From an uncultured Chloroflexia bacterium (GTDB lineage Bacteria; Chloroflexota; Chloroflexia; Thermomicrobiales; UBA6265): a stretch of 64,000 nt of DNA. The stretch lies in contig CAVUKC010000001.1 of NCBI GenBank assembly GCA_963741965.1, positions 179,008-243,007 on the forward strand, given 5' to 3'. The translations under genes and the position numbers were made by a program. Under the pieces are notes generated by a model that was not told the DNA's origin, made no database searches, and saw only the letters and a program-made list of their open reading frames with translations. This document shows positions 39,302 to 47,600 of this stretch, piece by piece. Each line of letters starts with the position of its first letter. Positions within the stretch are counted from its first letter, which is position 1.

Positions 39302-40075
39302 ATGCAACGTGTCTTTCGCATCGTCGACACCGCCGATCTCACGCCGATGGACCTGAAGCCGTCCGCCCGGATGGTGCAGAGCGTGCGTGACTACGGCATT
39401 CTCACGCCGATCCTGCTGCAGGAGCGCGTCGATGAGGACGGCGTGATCGCCCTGGAGATCGTCGACGGCAACCGGCGCGTGAACGCCGCGCTGGAGGCCG
39501 GGCTGCCAAAGGTGCCGGCGGTCGTCTACCAGGGTGTCGAGGGCGACCTCGCCCCCGCGATCACGGTCATCTCCAACACGCTGCGCTCCCGCAACGCCGT
39601 CACCGAATGGCGCGCGGTCGAGCAGCTTGGCGACTTCGGACACGACGCCGATGGGATCATGCGCCTCACCGGGTTGACGAAGGCGAGCCTCGAAACGCGT
39701 CTGCGGCCATCGGCGATGCACCCGGACCTGCGCCGGGCAATGCTCGAGGGGCGGCTCAATGTCACCGTATGGGAGCGGGCAGGCAAGCTGCCGCCGGAGT
39801 CGCAGCAGCGCCTCGCGGACGAGCTGGAGCGCACTGGCGGTCTGAAGCTCGCCGACGTCGACGCCGAGCGCAAGCGCGTCGAAGCGACGCAGGAGGTGCG
39901 CGACGACGTCGATGTGCCGGCATCGCAAGGAGCGCCGGGCACGCGGGAGCAGCTCGAGGAGCGGCTGGTGGAGCTGGCGTCGTTCGCTCGGTCCGTCGGC
40001 ATGAGCGAGTACGAGTGGAGCCGGCTGGCGACGAACGCCTGGCGGCGAAGCGAGCAGGACGCTGACGACGAATAG
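39302..40075 (+). CDS. ParB/Srx N-terminal-domain protein, paralog 2
   Basis: MQRVFRIVDT..., VRDYGILTPILL, IVDGNRRVNAA and KVPAVVY. The shared C-terminal W(N/R)R(A/S)E tail matches paralog 1. RBS gggag. Confidence 0.7.
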   Translation: MQRVFRIVDTADLTPMDLKPSARMVQSVRDYGILTPILLQERVDEDGVIALEIVDGNRRVNAALEAGLPKVPAVVYQGVEGDLAPAITVISNTLRSRNAVTEWRAVEQLGDFGHDADGIMRLTGLTKASLETRLRPSAMHPDLRRAMLEGRLNVTVWERAGKLPPESQQRLADELERTGGLKLADVDAERKRVEATQEVRDDVDVPASQGAPGTREQLEERLVELASFARSVGMSEYEWSRLATNAWRRSEQDADDE

Positions 40076-40692
40076 GCATTGTCGCTGGAAGGGGCGGCTG
40101 CGAATGGACGGCCATGCCGGTTGGCGGATCGCACGCCGGTGCGCGCGGTGCTGCTGGCAAATCGTGGTTCGGGGGCGTGCCAACCCCAGCCACGACGGCC
40201 GTTGCGAGCGTCGTCACCACGCGTCAGGCGCGGGAACATTGGCGCGACGATGTCCCGTACCAACTGGATACCCTTTGCTGCGGGGATCAGCAAGAGCAGC
40301 CCGGCTAGCCCAATATCCAGATACGAGATCGAGCCGTCTGGCGACAACCCGATCAGCAGTAGCACCAAGGGACCAAGAACCGTGCCAAGAACGGGGTGAT
40401 TGACCAGGAAATTGCCCCACCCCTCCCACGTCATTGATTCGGAGGAGGTGTCTCGAAGCCAGTTCCAGCCATCGTTGGCAGCACCCCACACGGCGCCAGG
40501 CGCTTGTTGGGCGGTATCCCAGACAGCGCCAGGCGCTTGCTGGGCGGTATCCCAGACAGCATCTGCCGCATTTACTGTCGTGTCCTTGGTGCCTCCGATG
40601 ACATCAACGCCGGTATCGACTACGGTATCGAACCAGCCCCCGGAATCATCTTCTTGGGGATCGTCCTCTTCCGATTCGTTGCCTGACTGCAC
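39526..40692 (-). CDS. Hypothetical membrane protein with an acidic N-terminus and AVWDTAQQAPG tandem repeat; the 3' limit is doubtful
   Basis: Two clear TM helices (VLGTVLGPLVLLLIGL, LDIGLAGLLLLIPAA) lie in 40250-40400. The GTG start has no RBS. The last 180 codons or so are low-complexity S/A/R antisense to ParB paralog 2, so the real stop is probably missing or hidden by an indel. Confidence 0.35.
   Translation of the reverse strand: MQSGNESEEDDPQEDDSGGWFDTVVDTGVDVIGGTKDTTVNAADAVWDTAQQAPGAVWDTAQQAPGAVWGAANDGWNWLRDTSSESMTWEGWGNFLVNHPVLGTVLGPLVLLLIGLSPDGSISYLDIGLAGLLLLIPAAKGIQLVRDIVAPMFPRLTRGDDARNGRRGWGWHAPEPRFASSTARTGVRSANRHGRPFAAAPSSDNAYSSSASCSLRRQAFVASRLHSYSLMPTDRANDASSTSRSSSCSRVPGAPCDAGTSTSSRTSCVASTRLRSASTSASFRPPVRSSSSARRCCDSGGSLPARSHTVTLSRPSSIARRRSGCIADGRRRVSRLAFVNPVRRMIPSASCPKSPSCSTARHSVTALRERSVLEMTVIAGARSPSTPW
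40495..40560. repeat. Tandem 33-bp repeat x2 (plus a partial third unit), coding
   Basis: Encodes AVWDTAQQAPG twice, then AVWG. Confidence 0.8.
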
Positions 40693-40858
40693 CTCGGCAG
40701 TCGGGACAGCTGCTTCGTTTCCCGCAGAACCTGGTTCCGGAAACCCTGTGGAAAAACCTGACAGGGAAAACCCGCGTATAGACGAGTGTTGCCTGGCGGA
40801 TGTCGCGGTTTCGCGTCCCGCCAGTGTTCATGTCTGCGTGTCAATCAAGGAGTGGCTG

Positions 40859-41845
40859 GTGCGGGTTCTCGGTCTGTGGTCGATGCTGAAACCGATGGCG
40901 ATGGTGATGCTGCTGGGCGTGTATGCTCTCGCGCCTGAGCTGGCACTCGCCGACGACGGCGATCAGCCGACGTATCACGCCTACGTCTTCGAGGGGGCGT
41001 GCGACGGGGCGATCATGAGCCAGCCGGTCGAGGATCTCGGCGAGCTGGTCCAGGATCACGATGGCGCGGCGGAGCTGGCGGCGGACGTGGAGCCAGAGCC
41101 TGCGCATGTTCAGGGAGTGGATGGTCACCTCAAGGCGTCGCTCGGCGACCTCACGACCGGCAAGCACGTCGTCGCGGTGCGCCAGATGCAGCAGGAGGGG
41201 GTAAGCCCAGTCGTTGCCTGCGGCGAGATCCCTGAGGATGCCGGTGATGAGTTCGATGTCGAGCTCGCGCCGTTTGGCGACACCGGTGTCGAGGGCAAGG
41301 CGCGGATCGAGACGATCACGCGCGTCGAGGCGACGACCACCTACGCCGTCGGGCTGTGGGACTCCCCTCCCGACGACAGCGCCGCGAGCGACCGGGACAT
41401 GCCAGAGGCGCCGGATTTCGAGCTGAAGCTGTTCGATGGAAAGACCGTCCACCTGTCGGACTATCGCGGCAAGACGGTGCTGATGGTGATGTGGGCCTCG
41501 TGGTGCCCGTACTGCAACAAAGAGTTCCCGATGTTCGAGGACATCTGGCAGACGTACAAGGACAAGGACGTTGTCGTCCTCGGAGTTGGGCTCAAGAACG
41601 ACGACCAGGGCGACGCCGAGGACTTCGTCGAGAAGCATGGCGCCACCTTCCCGATCGGCCGGGACACGGAAGGCGGTGATGGCGTCCGGGGGGAGATCGA
41701 GTCCACCCTCGGCGTGCCCGGGACGCCGGCGATGTTCATCATCACGCCAGACGGTCATGTGTACGGAGCGCAGTACGGCGTGGTGGAGCAGGGGCAGATC
41801 GAGGACGCGATCAAGGATGCCTCGACGTACGACTCTGAATCGTAG
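40859..41845 (+). CDS. Secreted TlpA/redoxin-like thiol-disulfide oxidoreductase with an extra N-terminal domain
   Basis: WASWCPYCNKEFP CxxC motif and GVPGTPAMFII. Signal-like MLKPMAMVMLLGVYALAPELALA. GTG start 6 nt after aaggag. Confidence 0.75.
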   Translation: MRVLGLWSMLKPMAMVMLLGVYALAPELALADDGDQPTYHAYVFEGACDGAIMSQPVEDLGELVQDHDGAAELAADVEPEPAHVQGVDGHLKASLGDLTTGKHVVAVRQMQQEGVSPVVACGEIPEDAGDEFDVELAPFGDTGVEGKARIETITRVEATTTYAVGLWDSPPDDSAASDRDMPEAPDFELKLFDGKTVHLSDYRGKTVLMVMWASWCPYCNKEFPMFEDIWQTYKDKDVVVLGVGLKNDDQGDAEDFVEKHGATFPIGRDTEGGDGVRGEIESTLGVPGTPAMFIITPDGHVYGAQYGVVEQGQIEDAIKDASTYDSES

Positions 41846-41893
41846 TCCCGCGCCGGCGAGGGTGCGGAGCGGGTCCTGCTTCGTGGGCTGGGG

Positions 41894-42466
41894 TTACCCG
41901 GCCGGGGTGGCTGGGCCCTCGGGCGACACCAGGCCGACAAGCCATGCGTGCGTCTCCGCCATCGCCGCGCAGGAGCGATCCCGCACGGCATCCTGATCTT
42001 CCTCCATGGAGGTTGGCTCCGCCTGCCCGATCAGCAGAACCGGCCCGTCCGTCGCGATGCAGACCCACTTGCCACGGTCCGCGACCCGGTACGCCTCGAG
42101 CCCGGCCACATCGACCGCGGCGGTGTCCACCGCGAAGTCGCCCAGGCCCGCCTGCGCGTTCTCCGGCGTCTGGAACACGATCACGGACGCGATCGGGAAC
42201 TGCGTGGAGCCGGTGAGCACCCACGCGCCCTCGGTGTTTGGCAGCGCCTGGCCGTAGTGCTCCTCCCAGGTGTGGAGCTCGATCGCGTCATTCGTGTTGC
42301 CGGGCAGCGTCGCGGGCGGCTCGGCCTCCTCGATTGCCGTGGCGATGGCTGCCGGGTCGGCGAGCGCGCCGCCGACGGCAGGGGTGGCGGTGCTGTCCCG
42401 CGCGGTGGCGGTCAGCGGCGTGAGCAGGGTGATGACGACGATCAGGGTGGTGAGGGCGCGGGTCAT
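41894..42466 (-). CDS. Secreted hypothetical protein (190 aa)
   Basis: GGAGG RBS. Signal-like MTRALTTLIVVITLLTPLTATA. No recognisable domain. Confidence 0.5.
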   Translation of the reverse strand: MTRALTTLIVVITLLTPLTATARDSTATPAVGGALADPAAIATAIEEAEPPATLPGNTNDAIELHTWEEHYGQALPNTEGAWVLTGSTQFPIASVIVFQTPENAQAGLGDFAVDTAAVDVAGLEAYRVADRGKWVCIATDGPVLLIGQAEPTSMEEDQDAVRDRSCAAMAETHAWLVGLVSPEGPATPAG

Positions 42467-42592
42467 GGAACCTCCGGCATCGATGCTGCGTGGTGTTTCG
42501 GCACAGTGTAGCGGAGCCGGCTGGTCCGCTCGCCGTATCATTGGAAGCAGTGTGCATTCGTTCCTGATCACGAGAGGATTGTTCAAGGCATC

Positions 42593-42865
42593 ATGACGAC
42601 GACATCGACATCTGGACCGAACCCGCCGTGCGAAGTCGGACGCCGCCACCCGCGTGACCGGCACCGGATGCGACCCGTGGAGGGACACGAGCATCTCTGG
42701 TACTGCAGCAAGCACGGCATGTACGGCGTGCTGGTCGACAAGGACGATGCCGACAGGGCGGAGCGCGGTGCCGAGCAGGAGCTCCCCAACGGAGTCACCG
42801 GTGTGGTGATGGGCAAGGGCGACGAGCGCCAGGGCGGTGTCCTGCTCTACCTGCGGGAGCTCTGA
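42593..42865 (+). CDS. Small hypothetical protein (90 aa), possible Cys/His metal site
   Basis: Its stop TGA overlaps the ATG of the downstream LLM gene. Contains CEVGRRH ... WYCSKH. Confidence 0.35.
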   Translation: MTTTSTSGPNPPCEVGRRHPRDRHRMRPVEGHEHLWYCSKHGMYGVLVDKDDADRAERGAEQELPNGVTGVVMGKGDERQGGVLLYLREL

Positions 42866-43971
42866 TGCCGGTCGAGCGGCTGCGGTTCGCGGTGGACAGC
42901 ACCCACCAGCGGATCGCCAATGCGCAGAAGACCGGTGCTGACGTTCAGGCCGCCATCGACGACCTCGTCCGCTTCGCGAAGGCCGCGGATCAGGGCGGGG
43001 TCGACTCGTTCTGGCTGAACGAGGACCCGGAGGGGTGGGACGCCGCCGCCGTGCTGAGCGTGGTTGCTCGCGAGACGGAGCGGATCCGTCTCGGGCCCGG
43101 TGTGATGAACCCCTACTACCGGCATCCGGCGCTGATCGCGGCGTCACTGTCGACGTTGGACGTGCTCAGCGACGGCCGCGCCTTCCTCGGGTTCGGCCGC
43201 GGTCAGGCCGAGTGGTACCGCGAGGCGCTCGGCATCGACGTCGGCTCCCCGCTGCGGGCGCTGGAGGAGTCCTTCCAGCTCCTGCGGCAGTGGTTCTCGC
43301 GGCCGTGGCACGCGGACGCCGCTGAGGGCGCCACCGAGTTCAAGGTGACGCACTGGGAGCGGGTGATCGGGCCGGTGCAGGAGCACCTCCCCGTCTACCT
43401 CGCGGCGGTTGGTCCCAAGGCGCTCTCCATCGCCGCGCGGCACGCCGACGGCGTCATCTTCAACGAGCTCTCCTCCGTGACCTTCATCGAGCGGACGATC
43501 CGGGATGTGCGCGACGAGGCCGCGCGGCACGGTCGCGACGCCGACGCGATGCGGTTCTTCGCCCGCGCTGCCGTCACCGTCACCGACGACCCGGAGCCGG
43601 TCTGGGAGCGGCGAAAGGACACCGTCTCGCTGATCCACGCGCTGCCGGGCATGGAGCGGCTGCTGGAATCGCCGAACTTCGATACTGACGAGATCATCGC
43701 GCGGGTGCGTGAGGAGATGAAGACGCTGGAGGTGCTGGAGCGCGGCGGCAACTTCCCCGAGCTGAAGCGGGAGGGGGATTTCCGCGCGGCACGGAAGCAC
43801 ATCCCGACCGAGCTGATGCAGGAGCTGGTTGTTGCGGGACCGGTCGAGGACGTGCGGGGCCGCCTGCGACGTCTCCGCGAGATCGGCGTCACCGATGTGT
43901 TCCTGTCGCGCCCGAAGGATGCATCGTCCGAGCACATCGGCGAGATCGTCTCCGCCCTCGCGGATGCGTGA
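42865..43971 (+). CDS. LLM-class (luciferase-like) flavin/F420-dependent oxidoreductase
   Basis: VDSFWLNEDP, IRLGPGVMNPYYRHPA and LDVLSDGRAFLGFGRG are typical of the LLM family. Confidence 0.8.
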   Translation: MPVERLRFAVDSTHQRIANAQKTGADVQAAIDDLVRFAKAADQGGVDSFWLNEDPEGWDAAAVLSVVARETERIRLGPGVMNPYYRHPALIAASLSTLDVLSDGRAFLGFGRGQAEWYREALGIDVGSPLRALEESFQLLRQWFSRPWHADAAEGATEFKVTHWERVIGPVQEHLPVYLAAVGPKALSIAARHADGVIFNELSSVTFIERTIRDVRDEAARHGRDADAMRFFARAAVTVTDDPEPVWERRKDTVSLIHALPGMERLLESPNFDTDEIIARVREEMKTLEVLERGGNFPELKREGDFRAARKHIPTELMQELVVAGPVEDVRGRLRRLREIGVTDVFLSRPKDASSEHIGEIVSALADA

Positions 43972-43999
43972 CCGAGCTGTTCATCATCTTGGAAATATC

Positions 44000-44233
44000 T
44001 TCATCCTGAGCCGGCAAGGTGCCGCAGGCATCGCCTCCGTGTCGAAGCGCCTGTCGTGAGCGAGCGCCAAAGGCGCGAGTCGAATGGAGTCCCCCGGCGG
44101 AGCCGCTGCCCGTAGGGCAGAACTGAACGATGCGCCAGGTTTCGTTGATGCGGCAGCGTGCGCTGCCGGCGCTTCGCGCGGGGATCCTTCGACACGTCTC
44201 GGGACTCCGTCCCTTGCCGGCTCAGGATGACAT
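44000..44233. repeat. MITE-like foldback repeat family D, copy 3
   Basis: ttcatcctgagccgg ... ccggctcaggatgacat, with internal ggatccttcgacac. Confidence 0.75.
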
Positions 44234-44433
44234 GGGGGTAGCCGAAATGAGATCCCATGGGTTCGGGCATCGTGCGAAACCACCGCCGACCCTGGTGCGT
44301 CTTCAGGCATAGAGACGCGCGCAACGCTCTCCCTGACTCCCTTCTCCATTGATCTGCGCGTCTCCCGATTTGACCGGGTGGTGTCGCGGCGCCGTTCTCC
44401 CGGATGGCCCGCCCATCACCCGGCTCGGATTGG

Positions 44434-44461
44434 TTGACTCGGCGATACCGCGTGCTACCGT
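44434..44461 (+). promoter_or_regulatory. Candidate sigma-70-type promoter for the giant gene
   Basis: TTGACT, a 16-nt spacer, then TACCGT (TAnnnT), about 140 nt upstream of the start. Confidence 0.2.
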
Positions 44462-44602
44462 GGAGTCACACAGTCGTCGCCCATGCCGTCAGACCCGCAC
44501 GCGCCTCGCCGCGCTGCCGGTCGACTCGGCGCCTTGGCAAGCATGCACGCACTTCGACCGAATATCGACGTTCGAGACGACGCAGGGACGCGGAGGACTA
44601 CC

Positions 44603-47600
44603 ATGCTATCGCTGCCAGCACGTTCGACCCTTTCAATTGGAGGCCGGCATCACGCGCGGGGTGTGTCGGGAGCCGGCTGGTGGATCCACCTGCTCGGAGC
44701 GATCGCCCTGGTGATGGGCCTGTTGTTGCCGCTGACGGACGCCGGGCAGACGCTCGCGGCCCCGATGGGGCCAGGGACGGACGCGCCCCGGTACCAGTCC
44801 GCCAGCGACACCGTGCCGGCGGCACCGGTACAGGTGGCGGCGGTCGGCGACTTTCAGGAGGCGCTCGGCTGCGCCGCGTTCGACCCTTCCTGCCAGACGA
44901 CCCAGCTGACCAACAACGGCGGCATCTGGACCGGCGTGTTCGCGATTCCTGCGGGAACCTACCAGTGGCAGATTCAGGCGGTCGCGCCGGACGGCACCGT
45001 CTCCACCTACGGCCAGGGCGGCCTCGGTGGCGGCGCGCAGCAGCTGAGTGTCGGCGATGGCGATGCCGGTGCGTTCTTCTCCCTCGACACCCATACCAAC
45101 GACGCCGCCGCGCAGGCGGTCCCCGCGCTGTACTCGGTGAACGTCGATGGCGCCGCCGCGGCGCTCCAGCCGGAGGGCGGCCAGTACACCGCGCTCATCA
45201 CCTCTCAGGGCGGGCAGGCGAGTGCGCAGGTCTATGCCGGCGCTGACCCGGTCGGTGGCCCGCAGCCGGTGCAGCTGAACCCGGGCGCGAACCGGCTCAC
45301 CTTCGATGCGAACGGCCAGCTGGTCAACGTGGAGCCGCTGGCGAGCGGATCGCTCACGGTGGAGCGCCTTGATGCGAGCGGTGCGCCGCTCTCCGGTGGC
45401 TGCTATCAAATCCGCAGCGGCAACAGCATCGTCAATCAGGGCTGTGACGCCGATGACGGCGCCGACGGCTACACCAGCATGAGCTTCCCCGAGGGGATGC
45501 CGAGCGGCAGCGTCACGGTGGTCGAGGTCACGCCGCCCTCCGGTGCTGAGCCGGTCGAGAGCCAGGATGCCCAGCTGCAGGCGGGCGACAACGTCGTGAC
45601 GCTTCAGCCGGCAGCGGCCGAGGCCACGGAGACGCCCGCGGGTGGGCAGGTGATCGAGGGCGGTGGCGAGACGCCTGCCGCGACCGAAACCGCGGCCACC
45701 CAGAGCGAGCCAGGCGATCTGCTCGTCTATCTTGTGGACCAGAATGGCGCGCCGGTCGGCCGGAGCCTGCTTCGCGCTCCTGCGCGACGGCAACCTCGCC
45801 GAGGAGAGCTGCGACACCGAGCAGTACGACTCGGCGGAGTTCGCCAACAACGGCACCACCGGCTTCTTCGGCGTGCCGAGCGGGACGTACACGCTGCGCC
45901 TGACGCAAGCGCCGGGCGGCGGATCGGCCGACGACCGCCAGGTCGAGGTGCTTGCCGGTCAGCAGGTCGACGAGACCGTGACCATTCAGGTCGCCGCGCC
46001 GACGGAAGCTGCGACCGAGACGCCGGTGCCAACGGAGGCGCCGACGCAGACGCCCGAGCCGCAACCGGCCAACCTCACGGTGCAGACGCTCGACCAGAAC
46101 GCTCAGCCAGTACCGGGGGCCTGCTACCAGCTCATCCAGGACGGCACGACCGTCGCGGAGAGCTGTGACACGGAGAACTACGAGTCGGCGGACTTCGCGA
46201 ACAACGGCAACACCGGATTCTTCGGCGTGCCGAGCGGCACCTACACCCTGCGCATGACCGACGGCCCGGACAATGTCACCCTGGCGAGTGACCAACAGGT
46301 CGACATCGCGCCGGGCAGCGACGACACCGTGACGGTCAATGTTCAGGCCGCCCAGCCGACCGAGACTCCGGTGCCGACGCAGGCGCCGACGGAGACGCCG
46401 GTTCCCACCGAGACCCCCGTCCCAACTGAAACCGCTGTTCCCACGGAGACGCCAGCGCCGCCGGGCACGCTGACCATCCAGCTGCTCGATCAGGGTGGCA
46501 ACCCGATCGGCGGCGCCTGCTGGCAGTTGCTTGACGCCAACGGCGCGGTGGTGCAGGAGAGCTGTGACACCACGGATCAGGAGTCGGCCGAGTTCGCCAA
46601 CAACGGCAACACGGGCTTCTTCGATGTCCCCGCCGGGTCCTACACGCTCCATCTCGTCTCCGCGCCGCAGGGCGCGACCGCAGAGGATCGCAGCGTCGAT
46701 GTCACTCCTGGTGGCGACGACACCGTGCAGGTTTCGGTGACCGTTGCCCAGCCGACGGAAACGCCGGCCCCGACGCAGGCACCCACCGAGACCCCCGTGC
46801 CGACTGAAACGGCCGTTCCGACCGGGACGGCGGCTCCAACCGAGACCCCGACCGAGGAAGCCGCCCCCGGCGACCTCACGGTCGAGCTGCTCGACGCCAG
46901 CCAGCAGCGGGTCGGCGGCGCATGCTTCGTCCTGCTGCAGGACGGCAACCAGGTCGCGGAGAGCTGCGACGACGCGCCGTATGACACCGGCGAGTTTGTG
47001 AAGAACGGGCTCACCGGGTTCTTCGGGGTGCCGTCTGGCACCTACACGCTGCGCCTGACGTCCGCGCCGAACGGCCTGACCGCCGATGACCAGCAGGTCG
47101 AGGTCGTCGCTGGCACCGACACGCCGGTGACGGTCAACGCGACCGGTGGGGTGACGCCCACGGCGACGGCGACCACCGCGCCGACCGAAGCCCCGACGGT
47201 CACAGCCACAACCGAGCCGACGAGCGCGCCGACCGATGAGGCGCAGGGGCCGCAACCGGGTCCTGAGGCCAACCTGATCGTCACACTGCAGGACGCCAAC
47301 GGCAGCCCGATCGGTGGCGCCTGCTTCCAGATCGAGATGAAGGGCCAGCCGCCCATCGAGCGGTGCGATGCCGACGACCCGCTGCCCGGCAACGGCAACT
47401 CCGGCTTCTTCAACGTGCCGAGCGGGCAGTACACCCTCACCGAGACGACGGTGCCCGCGGGCACCAACCCGATCGAGCCGCGGGAGATCACGATCCAGCC
47501 AGGCGACAACCCGAACCTCGTCGTGAACCCGGCGCAGCAGGGGCTTGCTCCGAGTGGAACCCAGACGCCCACGAGCGGCGCGGGCAATGTCCTGATCGAC

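Noticed and set aside
28400-40100. Possibility that the ParB-bracketed segment is a prophage or ICE.
   Set aside because: No integrase, recombinase, capsid, terminase, relaxase or T4SS genes are present, and no tRNA att site is visible. Only an unspecified accessory or mosaic status can be supported.
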